Positions 55,960 through 64,000 of a DNA stretch of 64,000 nt are shown here, in pieces. Positions within the stretch are counted from its first letter, which is position 1; the number at the start of each line of letters is the position of its first letter. Below the pieces are notes generated by a model. It was not told the DNA's origin. It did not search any database and was given only the letters and a program-made list of their open reading frames with translations. The DNA is from Gammaproteobacteria bacterium (GTDB lineage Bacteria > Pseudomonadota > Gammaproteobacteria > Steroidobacterales > Woeseiaceae), in NCBI GenBank assembly GCA_018677555.1, contig JAHHOT010000072.1:4737-68736 (forward strand). The letters are read 5' to 3'. The position numbers and the translations under genes were made by a program.

Positions 55960-57222
55960 TTATAGCTGGCCCTTTACCGACAAACTGTAAATGTTTCTGG
56001 AGAAGCCGATGCCGGCGATTGGCGGGTCGACGTCACGGTCCGTGTAGCGATAGCCGATCTCGAGCTCTATCCAGCGATTCATCATGTAGCGCGCCGTAAA
56101 GCTTGCCGACCGTACGCGGTCTTCGCGGTCGATACCATCGAAATCCTCTGTTGCCGTACTGCCGCGCAGTTCGAAAATCAGGTTGCGCAGCAACTCGTGG
56201 TCGATGCCGAGCCCGAAACGGACGACATCGCGGCCGGCGGTTTCGCCAACCGTTGTCGCCTCGACCTGACGTCGCCCGGAGATCGTGATGGTCGTCAAAC
56301 CCGTGGCATTCCACGACAGGTCAGCACCGAATGAAAGCCCATCGATGGTGTCGAATCTCGGATCATCGTAGGTTTCAGACAGGTATCCGACGAATATGTC
56401 CCCGAAAGTTGCGCCGGAGAAATCGAGCGTCGTGCCCACCGCCACCTCGTAGCCCGTCGAACTTCGCTCGAAGCCGCGGTCGTCGAATTGAAAATCGTAT
56501 TCGGTCTCGTGGGCGCTGCCCTGCAGGAATATCGAATAGGCAGGATGAAACCCATAGCCCAGCCTTGCGGACCCGAATACGCTCGACCTGTCCCGATCGT
56601 CGTTGTTGACAACACCGCCGCTGCCGATGACGTCTTCGTAGTCCAGTTGTTCGTATTCCACCATCAGTCGTGTATGGAAAAGGCGTGGACCCGTGGGCGT
56701 TTCGAAGGACAGCGCTGCCCGGTCCTGGTCGAACGGGGTCGGTGTAAAGCCGCGCTCATCATCGGGGGACCCGCGGTCTTCGTGCCGCCGCCGGTGAAAT
56801 ACGTCCAACAGGAAGAACCGGCCGCGTACCGTGTCGATGCGCGCTTGGCCGAAAACCGAGTAGTTCTCGTGATCCTCCGTGGTGAAGTCCTGGTATCGCA
56901 ATATCTCTCCATCTGCGCCGAAATTCAGGGCGTGCCTGTTCCAGTCTGACCGTAATGCGAGCGCCGGTACGCCAACGTAAATCGTGTCGCTGATTGCGTC
57001 CGCGTCCGTTGCGAAAATATTGCTGTTCTTTCGTGCTTCGGCCCCCAGCTCCGGGAACAAACGGAATCCGCCGATGCGAATACCCAAAGCGTCCAGCTCA
57101 GGCCGCGCGCGATTACCCACTGTTTCGTTGCGCGCGACTTCCTGCGCCGCGACGGCAGCGCAGCCCAGAATGGAGCAGATGATCAACATGATCTTCGCGT
57201 TATTGTTATTGCTTCTTGTCAT
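55960..57222 (-). CDS. outer-membrane beta-barrel protein (EPS-locus porin-like)
   Basis: Signal peptide ...ILGCAAVAAQE. Alternating amphipathic beta-strand pattern along the whole length, with frequent Y/F-x-G/D turns. Its stop lies 2 nt before the OPX gene start. Confidence 0.7.
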   Translation of the reverse strand: MTRSNNNNAKIMLIICSILGCAAVAAQEVARNETVGNRARPELDALGIRIGGFRLFPELGAEARKNSNIFATDADAISDTIYVGVPALALRSDWNRHALNFGADGEILRYQDFTTEDHENYSVFGQARIDTVRGRFFLLDVFHRRRHEDRGSPDDERGFTPTPFDQDRAALSFETPTGPRLFHTRLMVEYEQLDYEDVIGSGGVVNNDDRDRSSVFGSARLGYGFHPAYSIFLQGSAHETEYDFQFDDRGFERSSTGYEVAVGTTLDFSGATFGDIFVGYLSETYDDPRFDTIDGLSFGADLSWNATGLTTITISGRRQVEATTVGETAGRDVVRFGLGIDHELLRNLIFELRGSTATEDFDGIDREDRVRSASFTARYMMNRWIELEIGYRYTDRDVDPPIAGIGFSRNIYSLSVKGQL

Positions 57223-57268
57223 TGCTTGTGACGTTTTCGTTTAGTTTACGAGCCGCAGCCGCCACTAG

Positions 57269-58543
57269 CTAGCCCGACTGATTTCTCAGGCCTGAACCGC
57301 CCTGATAGCGCAAATTTTTCAACATAACGGCCGAACCGTGCGCAAGCGTCGCCCGGTCGACGGCGATTGTGAGGCCCCAGATCATCGCCAGCAACAACCA
57401 CAGATGTCGCCAGTGTGTGCTGTCGATAAACAAACTCTGGAACAACGTACCCAAGAGAACGGCCAGGACCACGTGGAGATCGCTCTGCAACGGCCAGCGC
57501 ATTCCGATACGGCCGATTGCCCGGTACAGCGCCTGCACAAGGAACAGCCCGAACGCCACAGCGCCCAGCCAGCCACCTTCGAGTGCGGCGTGCAGAAACA
57601 GGTTGTGGGGCTCCATGCCGATTTCCGGCGTCGACATGCCCGGGCCGATGCCCAGCGGCCGGCTGCCGACTTCTTCCAGCGCCATCGCCTGCGTGTGGAA
57701 GCGCCCGCCTGTTTCGATGTCGTACTGCTTGAAGATTTTCGCCCTGTCGAAGAACCGCTGGCCCGCCGCCGTGTTGTTGACTGCCCAGGTCAGCGTGGCG
57801 CCGGAGACAAGTGTAACGATGCCGACAATAATCGTAAGGCGGATCTTTTCCCTGAGCGACGGCGTTGTAGCGATGCTCAGTAACATGTAACTGGCCAGGG
57901 CAATGCCGAAATTGAGCCAGGCGCCGCGCGAGAACGACAGCAAAATGCCGAAGGCAATAACGAGGAACTTCGCCGCCTCGATGAAAAACTGCGTGTGGCG
58001 CGCCTTGAGCATGCGGGACAACAAGTAGATAGCGATGGGGATGAGAAAGGGGCCGAACACGTTCGGGTCCTTGAAGGGCCCCTTCGCACGGCCGAACGCA
58101 TCGCCGACAATAAACGCGGGCATCAGGTCGTAGTATTCGAGACAACCCCAGACAGCCGCGAATAGTGCTGCAACGGTGTAGCCGCTCCAGATTATGCGCA
58201 TATTCTTTTCTGTCGCGCTGACAATGATCGAAACGAAGAGAAGCCAGCTGAGTGCCATGTAGATGCGTGTAACCAGCGGACGAACCGTGACATCAGGCTC
58301 GCCGGAAACGAGCGCGCCAACGAGGTTTCCGGCGGTAAACAGCGCCAGCAATAACGCGGGCACGGCAATCTCGCCGGGCACCCGGAGCCGGTAGGAATAC
58401 AGCAGCACGAACAGCAGGATCAGCATAAAATCGTACGGCGCCGGTTCGATGAATACGATGCAACTGATAGCCATCGTGAACCACAGGAGTGGCTCCGACC
58501 ATTTCAGCGTGTCGCTGTCTGCTTGGGGATTTTCGTACTTCAC
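57269..58543 (-). CDS. O-antigen ligase/polymerase family membrane protein (Wzy-like)
   Basis: About 10-12 TM segments with a large loop. Wzy_C-like region (FSRGAWLNFGIALASYML ... HNLFLHAALEGGWLGAVAF). Confidence 0.75.
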   Translation of the reverse strand: MKYENPQADSDTLKWSEPLLWFTMAISCIVFIEPAPYDFMLILLFVLLYSYRLRVPGEIAVPALLLALFTAGNLVGALVSGEPDVTVRPLVTRIYMALSWLLFVSIIVSATEKNMRIIWSGYTVAALFAAVWGCLEYYDLMPAFIVGDAFGRAKGPFKDPNVFGPFLIPIAIYLLSRMLKARHTQFFIEAAKFLVIAFGILLSFSRGAWLNFGIALASYMLLSIATTPSLREKIRLTIIVGIVTLVSGATLTWAVNNTAAGQRFFDRAKIFKQYDIETGGRFHTQAMALEEVGSRPLGIGPGMSTPEIGMEPHNLFLHAALEGGWLGAVAFGLFLVQALYRAIGRIGMRWPLQSDLHVVLAVLLGTLFQSLFIDSTHWRHLWLLLAMIWGLTIAVDRATLAHGSAVMLKNLRYQGGSGLRNQSG

Positions 58544-58649
58544 TGTTTTTGTTCTTGTTGGTACGGGTTTTGTGCTCGAACGTTCAATCTTACGACGCCA
58601 TGCATTGCCTGTGCGGCGAATGTTCCCACGTTATGTAAACAACAAGAAC

Positions 58650-58689
58650 GCAACGCATAATTTCAAGCGTTGCCAGTTTTATTTTTCTT
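58650..58689 (+). terminator. terminator/attenuator-like hairpin inside the AT-rich wzy-pepM intergenic region
   Basis: GCAACGC-ataatttcaa-GCGTTGC (7-bp stem) followed by cagTTTTATTTTTCTT. The minus-strand side is also T-rich (GTTCTTGTTGTTT). The function is unclear because the flanking genes are divergent. Confidence 0.3.
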
Positions 58690-58965
58690 GTGGTCAAATT
58701 CCATCGGCTGCGGAGTCAGGCGAAAATTTGCGTTATGTATCAAGAAGTATCAGTGCTTGCGCGAAGTGTGATCAGCAGCTAATAATGTAATAAGACGGTA
58801 ACAAAAAAACTGTTCGCCGTAACGAACTAAAACAGTTACCCAGGAAATTCTCGAAGCACGGTTTGCCAGCGCCGCAAGGCATCGCACATCCGAATATCAC
58901 GTGTTGCCAGGTCTAATTCATGTGCATTCGAGAATACTAATAACGCTTTTCCTCAGGGACCCGCA

Positions 58966-60654
58966 GTGTCAGAAAAATTACAGGCAACCAATCCTCTCGC
59001 TTTCACCGTGCGACATGATCGTCGTGCAACCGATAAAAAAACCGTCAAGTTTCGCAATCTGCTGCAATCCGATCAGCTTGAATTCATTTGTGAGGCACAC
59101 AACGGGCTGAGTGCAAAAATCTGCGAGGAGGCCGGCTTCAAAGGAATCTGGGCCAGCGGTCTCTGCCTGTCGGCCCAGTTCGGCGTGCGCGATTCGAACG
59201 AGGCAAGCTGGACCCAGCTCATGGAAATGCTCGAGTTCATGAGTGACGCAACCAGCATTCCGATCATGCTCGACGGCGATACCGGTTACGGTAACTTCAA
59301 CAACATGCGCCGGCTCGTCACCAAGCTGGAGCAACGCGACATCGCTGCGGTATGCATCGAAGACAAACTTTTCCCGAAAACCAACAGTTTTATCCACTCG
59401 AGAGAACATCCGCTCGCCGATATCGATGAGTTCTGCGGCAAGATCAAGGCGGCAAAGGACGCGCAGAAATGCGATTCCTTCTCGGTCGTTGCGCGCATTG
59501 AATCATTGATTGCCGGCTGGGGAATGGATGAAGCGCTGCGTCGTGCCGAGGCCTACCATGCAGCGGGCGCGGATGCGATCCTGATTCACAGCGCCAAGTC
59601 GAAGGCCGACGAAGTACTGTCGTTCAAGAAAGAATGGGGCGATCGCGGGCCGGTGGTCATCGTGCCGACCAAGTACTATTCCACGCCGACCGACGTGTTC
59701 CGGGAGCACCGCTTTTCAATGGTTATCTGGGCCAACCACATCCTGCGGTCGGCTGTGTCCGCCATGCAATCGACCGCCAGGCGGATACAGGAAGAGGAAT
59801 GCCTGCATTCGATCGAAGACAGCATTGCGTCGGTTGGCGAGGTATTCCGGCTGCAGGGCGCGCAGGAACTGCAGGCTGCCGAGGCGCGCTATCTGCCGGT
59901 CAGTGCGCAGAAGACCCGCGCGATCGTACTCGCCGCGGCGCGCGGATCGGACATGGGGGAGCTCACGGCTGACCGTCCGAAAGCAATGATTACTGTCCGC
60001 AACAAGAGCCTGCTTTCGCATATCGTGGATGCCTACAACGCCGCGGGAATTTCTCAGCTGAACGTAGTACGCGGATACTGCAAGGACGCGGTCGACCTGC
60101 CCAATATCAATCTCGTCGACAATGACGATTACGCGGATACCGGTGAATTGTATTCGCTACACCTGGCGCTTAATGCCGTTACTGGCAAAGGCGACACTGT
60201 CATATCCTACGGCGACGTTCTGTTTCGAAAATATATTCTGGACGCCGTGCTGGAAGCCGACGACGACTTCGTTATCGCTGTCGATGCTGCCTGGCGTGAG
60301 ACCGCGAACCGGGACCGCAGTGCGGACTATGTCGCCTGTTCGATGCCGAACACGCGCAACGCGTTCTACCGCAGCGTGACGCTGGAAAAAATGGACAATG
60401 ACATCGAATCGCCCCATATCCACGGCGAATGGATGGGTATTCTGAAGGTATCCGAAGCGGCCTACGAACGATTTACAGCCATAGTTCGCGAAATCGTTCA
60501 CTCGCCGCAAGCGCCAGGGCGCGCTGCCGACATGCCGCACCTATGCAATGAATTGATTCGTCGTGGCCATTCAATCCGTGTAATCTACTCGACTGGAAAC
60601 TGGCTGGACGTTGATACCGTTGAAGATGTCGTCGCATCAAGCAGCTTTCAGTGA
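58966..60654 (+). CDS. aepX: phosphoenolpyruvate mutase fused to a C-terminal nucleotidyltransferase (PntC-like cytidylyltransferase) domain
   Basis: GTG start with AGGGA upstream. PepM pattern: [75 protein letters not shown]. From about aa 320, [34 protein letters not shown]... is an NTP-transferase fold. Confidence 0.9.
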   Translation: MSEKLQATNPLAFTVRHDRRATDKKTVKFRNLLQSDQLEFICEAHNGLSAKICEEAGFKGIWASGLCLSAQFGVRDSNEASWTQLMEMLEFMSDATSIPIMLDGDTGYGNFNNMRRLVTKLEQRDIAAVCIEDKLFPKTNSFIHSREHPLADIDEFCGKIKAAKDAQKCDSFSVVARIESLIAGWGMDEALRRAEAYHAAGADAILIHSAKSKADEVLSFKKEWGDRGPVVIVPTKYYSTPTDVFREHRFSMVIWANHILRSAVSAMQSTARRIQEEECLHSIEDSIASVGEVFRLQGAQELQAAEARYLPVSAQKTRAIVLAAARGSDMGELTADRPKAMITVRNKSLLSHIVDAYNAAGISQLNVVRGYCKDAVDLPNINLVDNDDYADTGELYSLHLALNAVTGKGDTVISYGDVLFRKYILDAVLEADDDFVIAVDAAWRETANRDRSADYVACSMPNTRNAFYRSVTLEKMDNDIESPHIHGEWMGILKVSEAAYERFTAIVREIVHSPQAPGRAADMPHLCNELIRRGHSIRVIYSTGNWLDVDTVEDVVASSSFQ

Positions 60655-60686
60655 CAGGCAATCGCGGCTGAACGGCCGAATCCCCG

Positions 60687-61820
60687 ATGATTGAGGCGGG
60701 CAGCTTCCTTGCCGCAGCCCGAAGCCGCGGCTTCGAGCTGATTTCCGGCGTGCCCTGCTCGTACCTGACACCTTTCATCAACCGCGTCATCGACGACGAT
60801 GCTGTACGCTACGTGGCTGCGGCCAACGAGGGCGATGCTGTTGCCATCGCCGCGGGATCAGAGCTGGGTGGTGTCCCGGCAATCGCGATGTTTCAGAACT
60901 CCGGCCTCGGCAACGCTGTGAGTCCGCTCACCTCGTTAACTCACGTGTTCAAGCTTCCGGTGTTGCTGATCGTAACGCTGCGCGGTGAGCCTGGCGGCCC
61001 ACCGGACGAGCCGCAGCATTCGCTCATGGGTGCGATCACGCTCGAAATTCTGCAATCGATGAAGATTCCCTGGGAGTATTTCCCGGACGACGAGGATCAG
61101 GTCGAGGCCGTACTGGACAAGGCGCTGGCAGCCATGAAAGAGACGCAGCGGCCATTCGCACTTGCCATGCGCAAAGGCACTGTAAAACCTTCGCCCATCC
61201 GTACACGTTTGCAGCAGAAAGATGTAGGCGCGCAGACATGCACCAACAAGGAGGCCACGCACCGGCGGCGCGACATGCTGCTGGCGATACAACAGGCGAG
61301 CCTGGCACCGGATATCGTCATCGCGACAACAGGCTATACAGGGCGCGAGCTTTTTGCCTGCGAGGACCGGGAGAACCAGCTTTACATGGTCGGCTCGATG
61401 GGCTGCGCGCCAAGCCTCGGGCTGGGTCTCGCGCTGTGTCGGCCGGAGCGCAACGTGACTGTCATTGACGGGGACGGCGCCGCGATGATGCGCATGGGTT
61501 CGATGACCACCATCGGCTACGAACGCCCGACAAACCTGGTCCACATACTGCTCGATAATCATGTGCACGAGTCAACCGGTGCACAATCGACAGTCTCCCG
61601 GTCGATCGACTTCTGTGCAATCGCGGCAGCTTGCGGCTACCCGGCTGTATACCGCGTCAACGATCCGCAGGAGCTTACAGACCTGCTGAAAAGAAAAGAT
61701 CCGCAACTGAAGTTTATCCACGTTCCGATACTGCCGGGCATACCGGAAAATCTTGGACGGCCCGCAAGCACGCCAGCCGAGGTTGCCTCCCGGCTTCGAA
61801 AATTCATGGACAGGAAATAA
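60687..61820 (+). CDS. aepY: phosphonopyruvate decarboxylase (ThDP-dependent)
   Basis: N-terminus FLAAARSRGFELISGVPCSYLTPFIN. ThDP-binding GDGAAMMRMGSMTT...LDNHVHESTG. Confidence 0.9.
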   Translation: MIEAGSFLAAARSRGFELISGVPCSYLTPFINRVIDDDAVRYVAAANEGDAVAIAAGSELGGVPAIAMFQNSGLGNAVSPLTSLTHVFKLPVLLIVTLRGEPGGPPDEPQHSLMGAITLEILQSMKIPWEYFPDDEDQVEAVLDKALAAMKETQRPFALAMRKGTVKPSPIRTRLQQKDVGAQTCTNKEATHRRRDMLLAIQQASLAPDIVIATTGYTGRELFACEDRENQLYMVGSMGCAPSLGLGLALCRPERNVTVIDGDGAAMMRMGSMTTIGYERPTNLVHILLDNHVHESTGAQSTVSRSIDFCAIAAACGYPAVYRVNDPQELTDLLKRKDPQLKFIHVPILPGIPENLGRPASTPAEVASRLRKFMDRK

Positions 61821-62914
61821 TGAGCAAGAAATGGATACTGTTGAACCCGGGCCCGGTGACACTGACCGAGTCAGTGCGTGCGGCCCTTACCCGGGATGAC
61901 TGGTGTCACCGCGAAACGGAATTCGCCAGTCTCACGCAGTCGATAAACGAGCGTATTGCCGGCGTCTACGAGGAATCGTCTGCAAACTATGCATCCGTGC
62001 TACTGACGGGATCGGGAACGCTCGCCGTCGAGTCCATGCTCACCACGTTCGCCCCCCGGGACAGCAAAACCCTGGTCGTCACAAACGGCGTTTATGGCGA
62101 GCGCATGGAGGCGATGCTACGCGCAAAGGGCCGGCCCGTCGTTACCGTCAACTCCGCGTGGGAGGCGCCGATGGACCTGGAGAGCGTCGAAGCCGTATTG
62201 CGGGCGGACCAGGAGGTCAGTCACGTTCTTGCCGTTCATCACGAAACGACGACGGCCCGCCTGAACGACCTGGACGGTCTAGGCAAACTCTGCCGCGACT
62301 ATGACCGGGCGCTGTTGCTGGATGCTGTCAGCAGCTTTGGCGCCGAACGGATCAGTTTCGACGACTGGAACCTTGCCGCACTGGCCGCGACGGCCAACAA
62401 GTGCATTCATGGCGTTCCGGGGCTGTCGTTCGTCCTCGCGCGCCGTGATCTCTACGCTGAGCCGGACCCGACTTGCGGCAGCGTTTACCTGGATGCCAAC
62501 CGCTACTTCAGAACCCAGCACGGCGACGGCTACTCGCCGTTTACCTTGTCGGTACAGGTCGCGTTCGCGCTCGATACCGCGCTCGACGAACTCGCAGCCG
62601 GCGGCGGCTGGAAGGCGCGCGGGGCGCGTTATGCGGCTGTCGGCAAACGTGTGCGTGATGAGCTGGCGAGGCTTGGCATCGAACCATTTATCCCGGCGGA
62701 CGACTTTTCAGCGGTCATGGCGAGTTATCGATTGCCGGAAGGTATTGCCTACGAGCAGATGCACGACGACCTGAAAGCGCGTGGATTCATAGTATATGCC
62801 GGCCAGGGCCACTTTTCCTCGAGCATGTTCCGTATAGCCCACATGGGCGCGATCGCCGATGCCGATGTCGACCGGCTACTCGCTGCGCTGCGCGAATTTT
62901 TCGCCGACAACTGA
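61820..62914 (+). CDS. aepZ: 2-aminoethylphosphonate:pyruvate aminotransferase (class V)
   Basis: ORF 61631..62914. I prefer ATG 61820 (MSKKWILLNPGPVTLTESVRAAL), which overlaps the ppd stop (TAATG). The PLP-Lys context is ATANKCIHGVPG. Confidence 0.9.
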   Translation: MSKKWILLNPGPVTLTESVRAALTRDDWCHRETEFASLTQSINERIAGVYEESSANYASVLLTGSGTLAVESMLTTFAPRDSKTLVVTNGVYGERMEAMLRAKGRPVVTVNSAWEAPMDLESVEAVLRADQEVSHVLAVHHETTTARLNDLDGLGKLCRDYDRALLLDAVSSFGAERISFDDWNLAALAATANKCIHGVPGLSFVLARRDLYAEPDPTCGSVYLDANRYFRTQHGDGYSPFTLSVQVAFALDTALDELAAGGGWKARGARYAAVGKRVRDELARLGIEPFIPADDFSAVMASYRLPEGIAYEQMHDDLKARGFIVYAGQGHFSSSMFRIAHMGAIADADVDRLLAALREFFADN

Positions 62915-62917
62915 CCG

Positions 62918-63673
62918 ATGCGCGCCGTCACAACTGCGGTTATCCTCGCCGCCGGCATGGGCACGCGGCTCAAAGCGGAAAACCACGACCGGCCGAAAGG
63001 CTTTCTCAAGCTTGGCGAAAAGCCCATCGTGGAAGAATCGATTTCGAGACTACAGGAGGCCGGGATAAACAGCATCCTGATTGCGACCGGCCATTGTCAT
63101 GACTATTACGATGCGCTTGCCCGGGAATCCGGCGGCAGCATCCAGACCGCCTACAATGCCAGCTATCGCGACTCCGGTAGCATGTACTCGCTCTATTGCG
63201 CCAGGGAGCTGGTACAGGACGACTTCCTGTTGCTGGAATCGGACCTGATATATGAGCAGCGGGCACTCACCAGCCTGATGCACCAGCCACAATCCGATTG
63301 CGTACTGCTGTCTGACGCGACCAATTCCGGCGACGAAGTATTTGTCGAAACCCGCGACGATTTACTGGTCGCAATGTCGAAGGACAGATCGCAGCTCGGC
63401 AGCATCGCCGGGGAACTCGTCGGCATAACACGAGTGTCGAAGCGGCTGTTCGAAATAATGATCGATATAGCCGAGGCTGCGTTTCGCTCAACCTTGCACT
63501 ACGATTACGAGACTGACTGCCTGGTCGCCGCAGCAAAGCAACATCCGGTACATTGCCATCTTGAAGGCGACCTGGCCTGGGGTGAAATCGACGACGCATC
63601 GCATCTCGCAAGGGCCCGCTCGAGCGTTTACCCGCAGATCCTTGCTCGCGACGCTTCGTTGCTGCGTCAATGA
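62918..63673 (+). CDS. stand-alone nucleotidyltransferase (LicC/NTP_transferase-like)
   Basis: N-terminal AVILAAGMGTRLKAENHDRPKGFLKLGEKPIV (G-x-G-T-R-L signature). The start is 3 nt after the aminotransferase stop. The stop overlaps the next gene's start (ATGA). Confidence 0.8.
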   Translation: MRAVTTAVILAAGMGTRLKAENHDRPKGFLKLGEKPIVEESISRLQEAGINSILIATGHCHDYYDALARESGGSIQTAYNASYRDSGSMYSLYCARELVQDDFLLLESDLIYEQRALTSLMHQPQSDCVLLSDATNSGDEVFVETRDDLLVAMSKDRSQLGSIAGELVGITRVSKRLFEIMIDIAEAAFRSTLHYDYETDCLVAAAKQHPVHCHLEGDLAWGEIDDASHLARARSSVYPQILARDASLLRQ

Positions 63674-64000
63674 CTGAAAAAATTCCACAGGGCTTCTCCG
63701 CGCTGGCGCGGGGATCAGCATTCGTGTTTGCCTGCCGCGTAACCGGCGCCGCGTTTGCGCTGCTGCTGCAGGTGCTGCTCGCCCGCTGGCTCGGTGCCGA
63801 TGGAATGGGCATTTACGTCCTTGCGTTTTCATGGAGCATACTGCTCGCAACCGTCAGCCACCTCGGATTGGCTACCGCTTCCGTAAGAGTCATTGGCCGG
63901 GCCATCGAGGAAGACCAGCCAGGAGTCATTCACGGCTACCTGCGCCGTACGCGCCAGCTCGTCCCCGGTGCAGGCATGCTGATGGCGGTCATTGGTTCGA
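63670..64000 (+). CDS. polysaccharide flippase-like membrane protein (Wzx/MOP family), N-terminal fragment cut by window edge
   Basis: My own translation from ATG 63670: MTEKIPQGFSALARGSAFVFACRVTGAAFALLLQVLLARWLGADGMGIYVLAFSWSILLATVSHLGLATASVRVI... It is stop-free to nt 64000. The pattern is typical of the N-terminus of oligosaccharide flippases. Confidence 0.6.
   Translation, partial: MTEKIPQGFSALARGSAFVFACRVTGAAFALLLQVLLARWLGADGMGIYVLAFSWSILLATVSHLGLATASVRVIGRAIEEDQPGVIHGYLRRTRQLVPGAGMLMAVIGS

Noticed and set aside
58449-58790. 113-aa ORF in the wzy-pepM intergenic region
   Set aside because: It starts inside wzy on the opposite strand and runs through AT-rich non-coding DNA. Its hydrophobic, Cys-rich composition looks like an artefact of AT-rich sequence, and I saw no RBS.
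58544-58965. JUMPstart/ops (GGCGGTAG) element upstream of the phosphonate/EPS operon
   Set aside because: I scanned both strands of the region by eye and did not find the 8-mer.
1-64000. tRNA, rRNA or other structured RNA genes in the larger intergenic gaps (9344-9429, 13972-14221, 17430-17564, 28419-28699, 36550-36687)
   Set aside because: No cloverleaf-like arrangement or conserved RNA motifs could be recognised by eye. This is not excluded without tRNAscan/Infernal.

Overview
High-GC (about 60% by eye) bacterial chromosomal segment with proteobacterial gene content; a marine gammaproteobacterial origin is inference only. I can support about 50 protein-coding genes, and I saw no rRNA, tRNA or CRISPR array. 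All family calls come from reading motifs in the supplied translations and my own translations; no searches were run.

Layout, left to right:
(1) 1-9.3 kb: an AraC-linked locus. A Tat-signal amidase and a lipoprotein are divergent from a TonB-dependent receptor and two tandem paralogous lipoprotein amidohydrolases.
(2) 9.4-10.7 kb: a solo IS200/RAYT-like Y1 (HUH) transposase gene, followed by three small hairpins and a strand-asymmetric CA-rich repeat array that ends 2 nt before the otsA stop codon.
(3) 10.7-13.9 kb: otsA plus a GH15 hydrolase, with no otsB.
(4) 14-20 kb: a PSMA/GCPII-like M28 peptidase, a 2OG oxygenase, a small secreted protein and a duplicated (SnoaL-VOC)x2 lipoprotein.
(5) 20-26.8 kb: a stress-type cluster of host-attachment-family protein, beta-CASP MBL RNase, LOG/TIGR00730, P-type ATPase and tandem USP.
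(6) 26.8-31.3 kb: two 2OG-type oxygenases and a secreted S8 protease whose I9 propeptide is separated from the catalytic domain by four Fn3 repeats.
(7) 31.3-38.7 kb: small secreted proteins, an OmpR/histidine kinase pair, malonyl-CoA decarboxylase and TerB.
(8) 38.9-43.3 kb: a TIR-membrane-coiled coil-TonB_C fusion protein, a membrane-anchored octahaem cytochrome c and a clan GH-A-like hydrolase.
(9) 43.2 to >64 kb: a Wzx/Wzy-type exopolysaccharide locus containing a complete 2-aminoethylphosphonate (AEP) module with a PepM-nucleotidyltransferase fusion.

Many junctions are start/stop overlaps. ATGA overlaps occur at 2143, 22997, 34421, 43926, 46140 and 63670; TAATG occurs at 61818.

The best candidate for something undescribed is the TIR-TonB_C fusion. 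The next most interesting are the phosphonate-tailored EPS locus and the transposase-associated repeat array.
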